A stretch of DNA of 40,706 nt from a virus (Duplodnaviria > Caudoviricetes): positions 1-40,706 of IMG/VR virus record IMGVR_UViG_3300036402_000115. The stretch is one strand, 5' to 3'. A program made the translations under genes and the position numbers. The notes beneath the pieces were generated by a model, which was given only the letters and a program-made list of their open reading frames with translations, made no database searches and was not told the DNA's origin. Position 1 is the stretch's first letter. The number at the start of each line of letters is the position of its first letter. Positions 1 through 9,197 of this stretch are shown in pieces.

Positions 1-210
1 TGGTGCCTCGGACTCGGAGAAGGAGCAGGCCGAACAGGCGATGGCGGAAGCTCGCCAGCGTGCAGAACGTGCAGAGCAGAAGCTGATCCGTATCGAACGC
101 GAGAACGTAATCACGAAGGTGGCTACCGATCTCAAGTTCGCCGATCCCGACACCATCGTTGCGATGGCCGAGACCGGACGGATCGACGACCTCGACCCGG
201 AAGACCCCGA
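1..210. repeat. Terminal direct repeat, left copy (circular overlap)
   Basis: Nt 1-210 match 40497-40706 except C127 vs T40623. Confidence 0.97.
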
Positions 211-433
211 CAGTTGGGATCGTTCGGACGTCAAGGATGCTCTCAAGGCGCTGGCGAAGAAGAAGCCCCACCTGCTCGGGACTGATTCGTCCAACAATGG
301 CGACGACCGTGGCCGACGTGGGGGAACAAATCCCCCCGGACGCAGAGACAGGTCTGACGAGGAGATCGACAAGCTCCCCGTAGGCCAGCGGGCAACCGCA
401 CGTCTCACCCGGGCGTTCGCCTCCAAGAAGTAG
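1..433 (+). CDS. Capsid scaffolding protein, C-terminal part (gene starts at 40165 and wraps the origin; about 254 aa)
   Basis: Same frame as ATG 40165 through the terminal repeat. Coiled-coil, then ...LAKKKPHLLG...GGTNPP. Lies immediately upstream of the capsid gene. Confidence 0.85.
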   Translation, partial: GASDSEKEQAEQAMAEARQRAERAEQKLIRIERENVITKVATDLKFADPDTIVAMAETGRIDDLDPEDPDSWDRSDVKDALKALAKKKPHLLGTDSSNNGDDRGRRGGTNPPGRRDRSDEEIDKLPVGQRATARLTRAFASKK

Positions 434-444
434 GAGGCAATAAA

Positions 445-1476
445 ATGCTCGAGGAGTTTCACCTCGGCCTCGGGGTGCACTTCCATCACGAGGAGTTCGC
501 CGCTCCCCCGGCGGCGGAGTTCCATGCCGTCACGCTGGCCCAGGCGGCTCTCCTCTCACAGAACGACCTGCAGCGCGGCGTCCTTGAGACGTTCGTGCAG
601 ACCAGCGTCGTTCTCGATCGGATCCCCCTCATGCCCATCGAGGGCAACGCGTTCGCGTACGACGAGGAGGCGACGCTCCCCGGCGTCGAGTTCCGGGCGG
701 TCAACGCAGGCTACACCGAGAGCACGGGCACGGTCAACCAGAAGACCGAGAGCCTCGTGATCCTCGGTGGCGACGCCGACGTCGATCGGTTCATCGTCCA
801 GACCCGCGGGAACCTGAACGACCAGCGGGCGATCCAGACGCAGATGAAGGTCAAGTCCGCGACGTACAAGTACCAGGACGCCTTCATCAACGGCGACACG
901 GCCGTCGACGCGAACAGCTTCGACGGTCTCAAGAAGCGGCTGACCGGCGCACAGGTCGTCGACCCGGGCGGGAACGGCATCAACGTGGTGGGCGCGTCCG
1001 ACGCGGAGCGCCAGACGTTCTTCGACTGGCTCGACGCGGCGATCGCGCAGGTGTACGGGCCGGACTCGGAGAAGGTGATCTACGCCAACAGCCTCATCGT
1101 CGGCAAGATCGCATCGGCGGCTAGGCGTCTGCTGATGGCCACCACGAACCGGGACGACTTCGGCCGCGTGTTCAACACGTATCGCGGGATCGAGATCCGC
1201 GATATCGGCACCAAGTCGGACGGTTCGACGCTGATCATCCCGCAGACGGAGACGCAGGGTGCGTCCGCTGTGACGTCCTCGGTCTACGTCGTGCGGTTCG
1301 GCCAGACCGAGAGCGACCAGGCGGTGACCGGCCTCACCAACGGCGGGGTGGACGTCCGCGACCTCGGGGAACTCGAGACGAAGCCGGTCTACCGGACGCG
1401 CATCGAGTTCTACTGCGGTCTCGCGGTCTTCGGCGGTCATGCCGCGGCGAGGCTCAAGGGCGTTCTGAACGCCTAG
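445..1476 (+). CDS. Major capsid protein (HK97 fold)
   Basis: RBS AGGAGG. Sequence AVTLAQAALLSQNDLQRGVLETF...ILGGDADVDRFIVQTRGNLNDQRA...FDGLKKRL...YRTRIEFYCGLAVF is a recognisable phage capsid family pattern. Position after scaffold fits. Confidence 0.93.
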   Translation: MLEEFHLGLGVHFHHEEFAAPPAAEFHAVTLAQAALLSQNDLQRGVLETFVQTSVVLDRIPLMPIEGNAFAYDEEATLPGVEFRAVNAGYTESTGTVNQKTESLVILGGDADVDRFIVQTRGNLNDQRAIQTQMKVKSATYKYQDAFINGDTAVDANSFDGLKKRLTGAQVVDPGGNGINVVGASDAERQTFFDWLDAAIAQVYGPDSEKVIYANSLIVGKIASAARRLLMATTNRDDFGRVFNTYRGIEIRDIGTKSDGSTLIIPQTETQGASAVTSSVYVVRFGQTESDQAVTGLTNGGVDVRDLGELETKPVYRTRIEFYCGLAVFGGHAAARLKGVLNA

Positions 1477-1496
1477 ACCACTCCAACACGGGAGAA

Positions 1497-1700
1497 GTGG
1501 ACACCATGACGCAGACCAAGACCAAAACGGCAGATGCAGCTCTCGAGGTTTCGCACCTCGAGGGCTGCCCTGCTGAGCGGGTCGAGACCTATGAGGTGGA
1601 GGGTCCGAAGGGGTTTGTCATCGTCACCCGCTGTATCGACTGCGGGGCGCACCGGGCGAGCAAGCCGACCGAGGAGCCGACGCTCAGGGGGAAGGAGTAA
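1497..1700 (+). CDS. Small hypothetical protein, possible Zn-binding (HxxxC...CxxC); start may be ATG 1506
   Basis: Fills the gap between capsid and the next gene. Contains HLEGC and CIDCG. Confidence 0.6.
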   Translation: MDTMTQTKTKTADAALEVSHLEGCPAERVETYEVEGPKGFVIVTRCIDCGAHRASKPTEEPTLRGKE

Positions 1701-1701
1701 C

Positions 1702-2103
1702 ATGAGCGACGAGAAGGACGCACGCGCGGCGGAGGGGGTCGGGGTAGCCACCGCGGCCGAGAACGCCAAGCTCGAGCACAGCGAGGGCGGCTCCACCACC
1801 CGGGACGACACCAACGACGTCGGCGTCCCGATGCTCCCCGGTTCGCCGGACGAGCCGGTCGGGCCGGAGGACGCGCTCGGGGAAGGGCCGACCCGCGGCG
1901 ACTACCGCGACCGGATCGGCCCGTTGGGCTACAACCCGACGCAGACCAAGGTCAACCCGGACTTCGACCCCTCGAAGCCCGCCGATCCGAAGAAGAACCC
2001 GCCGACGCTGCTGGTCAACCAGCGGGCGAACGCGGAGGAGATCGGCGACGTCGCAGGGAAGAAGGGCGGCGTCGAGACGTCCGCAGGGGAGAAGACCTCC
2101 TAG
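1702..2103 (+). CDS. Hypothetical head-associated protein (MSDEKDARAAEG...)
   Basis: AAGGAG RBS, then ATG 1702 in the frame of track ORF 1534..2103. Acidic and Pro/Gly-rich. Confidence 0.75.
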   Translation: MSDEKDARAAEGVGVATAAENAKLEHSEGGSTTRDDTNDVGVPMLPGSPDEPVGPEDALGEGPTRGDYRDRIGPLGYNPTQTKVNPDFDPSKPADPKKNPPTLLVNQRANAEEIGDVAGKKGGVETSAGEKTS

Positions 2104-2122
2104 CCCGTGCTAGGTGGGATGA

Positions 2123-2155
2123 GCGCGAGGCCGGTGTTAGATACCGGCCTCGCGT
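2123..2155 (+). terminator. GC-rich hairpin, putative terminator after the head genes
   Basis: CGCGAGGCCGGT-gttagat-ACCGGCCTCGCG is a perfect 12-bp stem. The T tail is weak. Confidence 0.6.
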
Positions 2156-2166
2156 TCTAACCTCCG

Positions 2167-2763
2167 ATGGAAGCCTCTCTCACCAAACTGGTCCGTAAGC
2201 TCGAGCGCTATCTCGGGCATCCGGCTACCGACGTGGGCAACCCGGACACGGTACCGGCCAATGGCGTGTTCACCCGCAACGACCTCGAGACTGCGATGGC
2301 TGACCACGTCTATCGTGCCGACCGGTACGGGCTGGACTACACCCTGGCCACCAGCGGGTCGGGAGCGATCGCCGTTCACTCTCCCGCGACCGACTGGGAG
2401 GACGGGGTGGTACTGCGCCGGTCGGACGGTACCGCGGTCGTCCCGGACCTCGCGCGGCCTCTCGAGGGTCGCTGGGAGTTCAATGCCGCCACCCAGTATC
2501 CGCTCTATGCCTACGGTCGAAGCTATGACCTGCACGCGTCCGCTGCTGATCTGCTGGAGCAATGGGCTGCGAAGGTCAAGCTCGAGCACGACCTCAGCAT
2601 CGGAGATTTGAAGCTTACCCGGGCGCAGAAGTACGACCACCTGGTGGCGATGGCCGGACAGCACCGGAGAAAGATCCGCATGATGGGAGTGCAGATCGTC
2701 AGCGACGACGTGCTCAACAACTCCTACGACTACCGGCGAGCCACCCGGCCGCCGCCCATGTAG
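2167..2763 (+). CDS. Head-tail adaptor (connector) protein
   Basis: Position after capsid. C-terminal YDLHASAADLLEQWAAKV...LTRAQKYDHL pattern is typical of adaptors. Confidence 0.7.
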   Translation: MEASLTKLVRKLERYLGHPATDVGNPDTVPANGVFTRNDLETAMADHVYRADRYGLDYTLATSGSGAIAVHSPATDWEDGVVLRRSDGTAVVPDLARPLEGRWEFNAATQYPLYAYGRSYDLHASAADLLEQWAAKVKLEHDLSIGDLKLTRAQKYDHLVAMAGQHRRKIRMMGVQIVSDDVLNNSYDYRRATRPPPM

Positions 2764-3159
2764 ATGAGCAGCGTCCTTTCCGCCGCCGACATTCTTGACC
2801 TGCGGGCAGCTGTAAGCGAGCTGTTCCCGGACAGGGCAGCCATCCACCGGCGCACCGAGGCCAGCTCCGAGTACGGCGGTGACAGCTCGCCCTACGCGGT
2901 GGTCGCCGGTCTCGGGAATGTTCCGGTGCTGTTCGGTTTGCGCTCTCAGAGGCAGCTCTCAGAGCTGGCGCTCGGAGCTGCGCAGGTCAACGCTTCCAAC
3001 GTGGACCAGTTTTTCACCTTCCCTGGTGGAACTGACATTAGAGGCAGTGATCGCATCGTCACGGCCGCGCCTGACGCGAAAACCTACGAGGTTGTAAGCG
3101 TGGGCGGCGGCGGCTCGTGGGAGGTCACCTTGCCGGTGGCCGCGCGGAGGGTGTCCTGA
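2764..3159 (+). CDS. Head-tail stopper / head closure protein
   Basis: Synteny. Contains the pattern FPGGTDIRGSDRIV...YEVVSV. Confidence 0.72.
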   Translation: MSSVLSAADILDLRAAVSELFPDRAAIHRRTEASSEYGGDSSPYAVVAGLGNVPVLFGLRSQRQLSELALGAAQVNASNVDQFFTFPGGTDIRGSDRIVTAAPDAKTYEVVSVGGGGSWEVTLPVAARRVS

Positions 3160-3503
3160 TGGCGCTCCGTCAGCCGAGGCTCTCTGTCAAGCTCGACCGC
3201 ACGAAGGAGATCGAAGCTAAGACGATGTTGGCCCTCGCTCGTGCGGTCCTCGAGACTGCTCACAACATCGAAGCTCGTGCCAAGGGCCGAGCGCCGGTTC
3301 GCACCGGGTTCCTGCGGAACTCGATCCAGACGCACCGGACGGGCCTGCTCGAGGCCGAGATCCAGGTCGGGGCAGAGTACGGCATGCTCGTCGAGCATGG
3401 CACCAGGCACACGCCAGCCAGGCCGTTCCTTCGTCCGTCGGTTACAGCCGAGAGGCCGTTGTTCCTCGAGCGGATCCAGCGCGCCGGAGCCAGTGTAAAG
3501 TGA
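3159..3503 (+). CDS. HK97 gp10-family tail completion protein
   Basis: Motifs AKGRAPVRTGFLRNSI and YGMLVEHGTRHTPARPFLRP. TGATG coupling to the previous gene. Confidence 0.88.
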   Translation: MALRQPRLSVKLDRTKEIEAKTMLALARAVLETAHNIEARAKGRAPVRTGFLRNSIQTHRTGLLEAEIQVGAEYGMLVEHGTRHTPARPFLRPSVTAERPLFLERIQRAGASVK

Positions 3504-3952
3504 ACGAGCCTGTTCACTTCGATGCGTGGCTGGTGGCGAAGCTCAGGGCAGATACCGGGGTAGGCGGCCTGTTCCAGCCGGGGGGGAACCCTGGCGAGCT
3601 TGCCCGGGTCGCTGGCGTGTGGAGCGAGATTATCCCCACCGATGCGGCGCTCCCGGCCATCAGATTTACCGACCTTGCCCCGACCGACACCAGCACTTTC
3701 AACGGCAACCGCATCTTGGTGCGGAGCCAATATCTGGTGGTAGTTACCGGACAGGTTAAGGATTACAAGGGTCTCGTCCCGGCGGCTGATCGCCTCGACG
3801 AGGTACTACACAAGGCGGCCGGGCAGTTGGCCTCGCCGGTTTGGGTGCTCAGCTGCACGCGTCTGTCGCCGTTCAAACAGACAGACGTGGACGGTGACGT
3901 TCAGTTCCGCCATCTCGGCGGGATTTATCAAGTACAAGGCCACAAGGAGTAA
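3500..3952 (+). CDS. Tail terminator protein
   Basis: Synteny (between gp10-like and major tail genes). Contains IPTDAALPAIRF...AADRLDEVLH. Confidence 0.72.
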   Translation: MNEPVHFDAWLVAKLRADTGVGGLFQPGGNPGELARVAGVWSEIIPTDAALPAIRFTDLAPTDTSTFNGNRILVRSQYLVVVTGQVKDYKGLVPAADRLDEVLHKAAGQLASPVWVLSCTRLSPFKQTDVDGDVQFRHLGGIYQVQGHKE

Positions 3953-3964
3953 AGGAGACCGACG

Positions 3965-4948
3965 ATGCCGGAACGCGCATCAATCACCCAGGCGGTACAG
4001 GTCGGTGTCGAGGCCGTTCCTGGCACCAACGTTGCCGCAAACAAGCTGCTGAACTCGATGAGTCTCGGCCCGGCCGTCGCTGTCGATATGCAGCGCTTCC
4101 GCCCGCAGGGTCAGAAGTTCGCCTCGATCATCACGCCGGGCAAGGAGTGGGTCACGGCCGACGTCTCTGGAGTAGGTTCTTACTCCGAGGTGATCTACGC
4201 GCTGGCGTGCCTGTTGAAGTATCAGGCTCCGGTGCAGCAGGCCGCGACCACTGCGTACAAGTGGACGGTCGATCCGGCCGCACGGTCGGAGGACACGATC
4301 AAGACGCTGACGGTCGAGCAGGGCGGCGCAGTACGGGCGCAAAAGTTCAACTACGGACTCTTCAACGAGTTCGGCATGGACTTCACCCGTGACGGCGTGA
4401 GCATCTCCGGCGCGATGTTCGGCCAGCGTTTGCAGGACGGGATCGTCCTGACCGCAGCACCGGCGGCTGTCGAGGAGAAGCCGATCCTCCCCAACGAGAT
4501 CGACATTTTCCTCGACACGACGGGGGCGGGCCTCGGTACCACCAAGCTCACCAGGGTTCTCGAGGCCGGGTTCAGCGTCGGCAGCAGGTTCAACCCGCTC
4601 TGGACGCTGAACAGCGTCAACTCGAGCTTCGCCGCGCACGTCGAGGCGGAGCCGTCCGCGCAGTTCCGGATCAAGATGGAGGCGGACGCGGAGGGGATGG
4701 CGCAGCTTACCACGATGCGCCAGGGCGCGACGAGGTTCATGCAGATCAGGTGCACCTCGCCCGATCTGGCGGGTGCGGCGATCCCGTACTCGCTGACGAT
4801 CAACCTGGCCGGGAAGGTCTCCGGGGTGGGCAACTTCGAGGACGCCGACGGCGTCTACGCGATCGAGTGGACGTTCGACGTCGTGTATGACGCGACCTGG
4901 GCGCACGCGCTGCTCATCGACGTGATCAACAAGCAGACGGCGCTCTAA
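3965..4948 (+). CDS. Major tail (tube) protein
   Basis: Strong RBS AAGGAG, 327 aa, N-terminal QVGVEAVPGT. Lies upstream of the chaperone and tape measure genes. Confidence 0.82.
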   Translation: MPERASITQAVQVGVEAVPGTNVAANKLLNSMSLGPAVAVDMQRFRPQGQKFASIITPGKEWVTADVSGVGSYSEVIYALACLLKYQAPVQQAATTAYKWTVDPAARSEDTIKTLTVEQGGAVRAQKFNYGLFNEFGMDFTRDGVSISGAMFGQRLQDGIVLTAAPAAVEEKPILPNEIDIFLDTTGAGLGTTKLTRVLEAGFSVGSRFNPLWTLNSVNSSFAAHVEAEPSAQFRIKMEADAEGMAQLTTMRQGATRFMQIRCTSPDLAGAAIPYSLTINLAGKVSGVGNFEDADGVYAIEWTFDVVYDATWAHALLIDVINKQTAL

Positions 4949-4975
4949 CCCGGCGCAGGAAGGAGAAAAAACAAT

Positions 4976-5383
4976 ATGAGATGCCCAAACTGTGGCAACG
5001 ACACCTTCCGTGACGTCTTCGACGACGCGGCGGAGGGTGGGATCGTCGCCTGCACGAAGTGCGACCTCGCTGTCGATCCGGACGGGGAGAACGTGCAGAT
5101 GGGCGGCGTCGCCCCGGTGCCGACCGACGTCGTGCCGGTTCTCCGGCCGGACACCGGCGAGGACGGGCGTGGTCTCGTTACCGAGCTGCCCACGCCGAGT
5201 GCCAGCCGGGAGGAGTGGGATGCCGCAGCGGAGACGCTGGGGTTCGACCCGGCCGAGTTCAGCAACAAGGATCTGCTGATCGAGGCGCTGACCGCGCACG
5301 TCGAGAGCGTGCCGGACACGTCGCTGAACGCCCCGGAGCCGGACGGCGCTCAGCAGGCTTCCACCAGGGTGGAAGACCAGTAG
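4976..5383 (+). CDS. Zn-ribbon protein with a C-terminal HeH/Rho-N-like motif
   Basis: RBS AAGGAG. Contains CPNCG...CTKCD and PTPSASREEWDAAAETLGFDPAEFSNKDLLIEAL. Confidence 0.65.
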   Translation: MRCPNCGNDTFRDVFDDAAEGGIVACTKCDLAVDPDGENVQMGGVAPVPTDVVPVLRPDTGEDGRGLVTELPTPSASREEWDAAAETLGFDPAEFSNKDLLIEALTAHVESVPDTSLNAPEPDGAQQASTRVEDQ

Positions 5384-5390
5384 CATGCAC

Positions 5391-5417
5391 GGGGGCGGGG
5401 CTTAACAGCCCCCCCCC
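5391..5417 (+). terminator. Putative terminator hairpin
   Basis: GGGGGCGGGGC-ttaaca-GCCCCCCCCC just after the stop at 5383. Confidence 0.45.
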
Positions 5418-5450
5418 ATTCAAACACGGGAAACAAGGAGACACGGGAAT

Positions 5451-5876
5451 ATGGGTTTCAAGCTTAGTCAGATCGGAGCAGAGCGCAAGAGCCTTTTCGT
5501 GCCGGTCGGCGAAGAGGACAGCGACTCCGGCGTGAACATCGTCTACCGGCCGAAGGCGTACACGGTGGCGCTCGAGGACAAGCTCGAGGAGGTCGCCAGC
5601 CGCACGTTCCAGTCGGTCTCGGTGATCCTGATGCTCGCAGGGTTTCACCCGGGCGACCCGGGCTGGCAGGATACGGACGAGCCGGTCGAAGGGCTGCTGG
5701 TCTCGTGGGATCTCACCAACGACGACGAGACGCCGATCCCGATCGCGGTCGAGTCGCTCAAGCCGATCCCGCTCGAGTTCCTCACGTCGGTCCTCGATGC
5801 GATCCAGAGCGACGCGAAGCCGAACCGGGAGACGGGAAAAGTCTCCGCCGGTGGCTCGCTCACGGCGGCCAGCTAG
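5451..5876 (+). CDS. Tail assembly chaperone (G-like)
   Basis: Lies upstream of tape measure. Contains LLVSWDLTNDDETPIP and a slippery GGGAAAA near the 3' end. Confidence 0.88.
   Translation: MGFKLSQIGAERKSLFVPVGEEDSDSGVNIVYRPKAYTVALEDKLEEVASRTFQSVSVILMLAGFHPGDPGWQDTDEPVEGLLVSWDLTNDDETPIPIAVESLKPIPLEFLTSVLDAIQSDAKPNRETGKVSAGGSLTAAS
5834..5840 (+). other. Programmed -1 frameshift site G GGA AAA
   Basis: XXXYYYZ heptamer in the correct phase. The -1 frame stays open to 6055. Confidence 0.88.
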
Positions 5877-6055
5877 GTGAGGCACCTGACTGGTTCTGGC
5901 TCCTACGGGCGGCGCAGTATTACCGCGTCCCCCCGTGGGAGCTTCTCGCCCAGGAGGGCACACCGGCATGGATCAGGATGGCTGTCCAGATGATGGACGC
6001 CGAAGCACATGCGGAGAAGGTAGCGAAGCAGCAGGCTACGAGGAGACCCCTGTAA
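5834..6055 (+). CDS. Tail assembly chaperone frameshift extension (GT-like; fusion 5451-6055)
   Basis: The -1 frame reads GKSLRRWLAHGG...WLLRAAQYYRVPPWELL and ends 4 nt before the tape measure ATG. Confidence 0.82.
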   Translation, partial: GKSLRRWLAHGGQLGEAPDWFWLLRAAQYYRVPPWELLAQEGTPAWIRMAVQMMDAEAHAEKVAKQQATRRPL

Positions 6056-6059
6056 ACCC

Positions 6060-9000
6060 ATGGCTATGACGTTCCAAGAGCTTGTCGCTAAGGTTGGCCT
6101 TGATGCCCGCGAGTACAAGGCGGGGATGAAGGATATCCGTGACGATGGAGCGTCCACCCAGCAGGGGATGAACAAGGTGGCCCTCGGCATCGGCGGCGCT
6201 CTCGTCGTCGGTGCCGGGTTCGCCATCAAGGCCGCGTCCGATCTCGGCGAACAGGTCAACAAGAACAACGTAGTTTTCGGCAAGAACGCCAAAGAGGTCG
6301 ACGCGTGGGCGGGCACGCTGACCGACAAGTTCGGACTGTCCAAGCGGGCGGCCCTCGAGGCGTCCGGCACCTACGGCAACATGCTCAAGCCGATGGGCCT
6401 GATCCCCGGCCAGGTAAAGCAGATCTCCACCGATTTCGTCGGACTCGCCGGTGACCTGGCCTCGTTCAACAACGCAGACCCGACAGTGACCCTGGACGCG
6501 CTGCGCGCCGGGCTGACCGGAGAGACCGAGCCGCTCCGCCGGTTCGGTGTGTTCCTCAACGAGGCGCGTATCCAGGCGGAAGCTATGCGCATGGGGCTTG
6601 TCAAGACGAAAGTCGATACAGAAGCCGTAGGCGCTGCACAGGATCGCGCCGGTATGGCCACCGCCAAGTACAACCAGGCGCTTAAGGAGCACGGCGCGAA
6701 CTCGATGCAGGCGGCGCAGGCTAAGCTCGCGGTGCAGTCAGCAGAGAAGAGCCTCGAAAAGGCGATGGGCGGCACCAAGGTCCAGCTGGACGCATCAACC
6801 AAGGCGCTGGCGATCCACAGCATCGTAATGCGCGACACGAAGGATGCCCAGGGTGACTTCGCCCGCACGGCCTCGTCTCTGCCGAACACTATGCGCACGC
6901 TCAAGGCTGATGTGGAGAACCTGGCCGCCGGGTTCGGTGAGATGCTCCTACCGAGCGCGGTCAAGGCAGCGGGGGGTCTCAAGTCGGTACTCGGCTTCAT
7001 GCAAGAGCATCAGGGCGTAGTCAAGCTGGTGGTCGGTGCGGTGGGCGGTCTCACGGCTGCTTACCTGATATACACCGCCACCGCCAAGGTGTCAGCGGCG
7101 GTCACCACAGTGATCACCGCGGCTCAGCTCGCCTACAGGGTTGCCACCGGCGCAGCTACCGCACAACAGCTAGCTCTCAACGCAGCTATGCGCGCCAACG
7201 TCATCGGCATTGTGGTAACCGCCATTGCCGCACTTGCGGTCGGTGTAATCTACGCGTACAAGCATTTCGAGACTTTCCGTAATGTAGTAGACGCTGTGTT
7301 CGGTTTCGTAAGGAAGATTGTCGGCTCGACGGTCGGGTTTCTCAAGGATCACTGGCAGGATGCGCTGGTGTTTGTGCTGACCGGCCCCTTCGGTCTCGCG
7401 GTTAAGAAGATTGCCGACCACTTCGGCGGAATCAAGGTGTTGGCTCTCAAGACCGTGGCGGCGGTGGTCGAGCCGTTCTCCCATCTGCCTGGGAAGCTGG
7501 GCGGTTGGGCGCGTGATGCCAAGGACGCGATGGAGGAGCAGCTCGCCAAGCTCGACGCGGCCAAGGCTCAGGACGACCCGCTCCTCCGGGCAGTCCAGAT
7601 TGCGCGGCAGCGTGGCGCTCAGGCCGGTTCCGCCTACGCTTCCGGGTTCCATCAGGCCGAGTCGGTCGGCATGGTCAACAACATGAGCGAGCACGCGGCG
7701 ATTCGCGCTCAGATGGCGGCACAGGACAACGCTGCTGCGGCCAAGGGCGCTGTAGACACGGCCAAGACCACCGCGGAGACGACCAAGAAGGCCACGCAGC
7801 AGTACGTTATCCCGGCATTCACCGACACTGGCGTTAGCGCAGCCAAGGCCGTAGCCGACGGGATCAAGAAGAAGGAGGCGGAAGCAGCCAACGCTGCGGC
7901 CGATCTTGCACGCAAGGCAGCTGATAGAGCCGCCGCGGTGCTCGACGCGCAGAAGGCGCGGCTGGGCAAGAAGTTCGACTTCTTCTCCTCGTTCGTCACT
8001 CGAGCTTTCGGCGCGGTGCAGGCCGCCGACCTCGGGCCTGCCACCCGGGACCTTAAGGCGTTCACCGACGCTATCGATGCGCGGTCGATCCAGGAGCGCG
8101 TGGACGACTCCAAGAAGGCGTACGACGAAGCTGGCAAGGCATACACAGACCTTAAGCGCAACGAGGGCGAGACAGATGCCGAGTTCAAGGGCAGGCAGGA
8201 CAAGGCGCTCGCCGACCGGCTAAGTGCAGAACGCGCCTACCGTGACGCGCAGGAGTCTATGACGCTGGCTTCCAAGCAGCGCGAGGCGGAGGCCGAGCAG
8301 AAGGACCAGGAAAACCGCCAGTACATGGAACAGCTGCACTTCCAGACGCGGCTGACTAACCTGCAGTCCTATCTCGATTCCGGCCACGCGTCAGCTAAGG
8401 ACGCCAAGAAGAAGATCGCCAAGCTTCTGTCCGATTTCGGGATCGAGATGGGTGGGATCGGCGACGAGCTAGGGACTGCGTTCGCCCAAGGTCTCTACGA
8501 TTCGATCCCGGCTGTGGTTAAGGCGGCGGTTGCCGTGCGCGAGGCAGCGGAGAAGGCGAAGGACACCCGCACCGCGCTCAAGGTGGCAGAGAAGCGCGCC
8601 GCTACCGCCAATCGCAAGTCACAGGATATGGGTGCTGGCGACGTGATGAAGGGTAGTGAGGCTACGGTTGGGCCGTCCGCCCCGTCCGGCAACCTGGTCG
8701 AGATCGGCAGGTGGCTGCAGGGGTTGGGCTTCCAGGTCGGTGAGAATCCGGCGTTTGGCGGTGTCGCGCCGGTGCACGCGAGGGGCAGCTACCACTATCA
8801 GGGCAGGGCTATCGACGTGAACTGGCCCGGTGGCGGGTCGGTCGAGCTGGCGAAGCTCCAGTGGGCGTACGGTCAGCTGACCGGCCGGAGCCACGCGGAG
8901 CTGCTGCTCGAGGACGCCGGTAAGCAGAACCAGCATCTTCATTTCGCCATGGCGAAGGGCGGCATTTTCACTAAGCCGACCCGGGCGGTGTTCGATGTGG

Positions 9001-9197
9001 CCGAGCGTGGCGTGGCCGAGGCGTTTATCCCGCTGGACGACCCGCGCGCTAGCGCGATGCTCGGCGGTGGTGCCAGCACCACCATTATGATCACCGGAAA
9101 CACGATGCTGACCTCGGAGCGTGAGACCGCGCGCCAGCTCTACAACCTGATCGAGCCGTTCGTGGCGGAAGGCAAGATCCAGGTGAAGGTCGGATGA
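6060..9197 (+). CDS. Tape measure protein with a C-terminal M15-like Zn peptidase domain
   Basis: 1045 aa, Ala-rich and helical. Contains DLASFNN...GETEPLRRFGV and AQGDFART. C-terminus has SYHYQGRAIDV...HLHFA. Confidence 0.93.
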   Translation: MAMTFQELVAKVGLDAREYKAGMKDIRDDGASTQQGMNKVALGIGGALVVGAGFAIKAASDLGEQVNKNNVVFGKNAKEVDAWAGTLTDKFGLSKRAALEASGTYGNMLKPMGLIPGQVKQISTDFVGLAGDLASFNNADPTVTLDALRAGLTGETEPLRRFGVFLNEARIQAEAMRMGLVKTKVDTEAVGAAQDRAGMATAKYNQALKEHGANSMQAAQAKLAVQSAEKSLEKAMGGTKVQLDASTKALAIHSIVMRDTKDAQGDFARTASSLPNTMRTLKADVENLAAGFGEMLLPSAVKAAGGLKSVLGFMQEHQGVVKLVVGAVGGLTAAYLIYTATAKVSAAVTTVITAAQLAYRVATGAATAQQLALNAAMRANVIGIVVTAIAALAVGVIYAYKHFETFRNVVDAVFGFVRKIVGSTVGFLKDHWQDALVFVLTGPFGLAVKKIADHFGGIKVLALKTVAAVVEPFSHLPGKLGGWARDAKDAMEEQLAKLDAAKAQDDPLLRAVQIARQRGAQAGSAYASGFHQAESVGMVNNMSEHAAIRAQMAAQDNAAAAKGAVDTAKTTAETTKKATQQYVIPAFTDTGVSAAKAVADGIKKKEAEAANAAADLARKAADRAAAVLDAQKARLGKKFDFFSSFVTRAFGAVQAADLGPATRDLKAFTDAIDARSIQERVDDSKKAYDEAGKAYTDLKRNEGETDAEFKGRQDKALADRLSAERAYRDAQESMTLASKQREAEAEQKDQENRQYMEQLHFQTRLTNLQSYLDSGHASAKDAKKKIAKLLSDFGIEMGGIGDELGTAFAQGLYDSIPAVVKAAVAVREAAEKAKDTRTALKVAEKRAATANRKSQDMGAGDVMKGSEATVGPSAPSGNLVEIGRWLQGLGFQVGENPAFGGVAPVHARGSYHYQGRAIDVNWPGGGSVELAKLQWAYGQLTGRSHAELLLEDAGKQNQHLHFAMAKGGIFTKPTRAVFDVAERGVAEAFIPLDDPRASAMLGGGASTTIMITGNTMLTSERETARQLYNLIEPFVAEGKIQVKVG

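Noticed and set aside
556-1440. 294-aa minus-strand ORF
   Set aside because: Antisense shadow of the capsid gene, expected from high-GC codon bias. No RBS or motifs.
3980-5386. 468-aa minus-strand ORF
   Set aside because: Antisense to the major tail gene and the next gene. Arg-rich composition with no recognisable domain.
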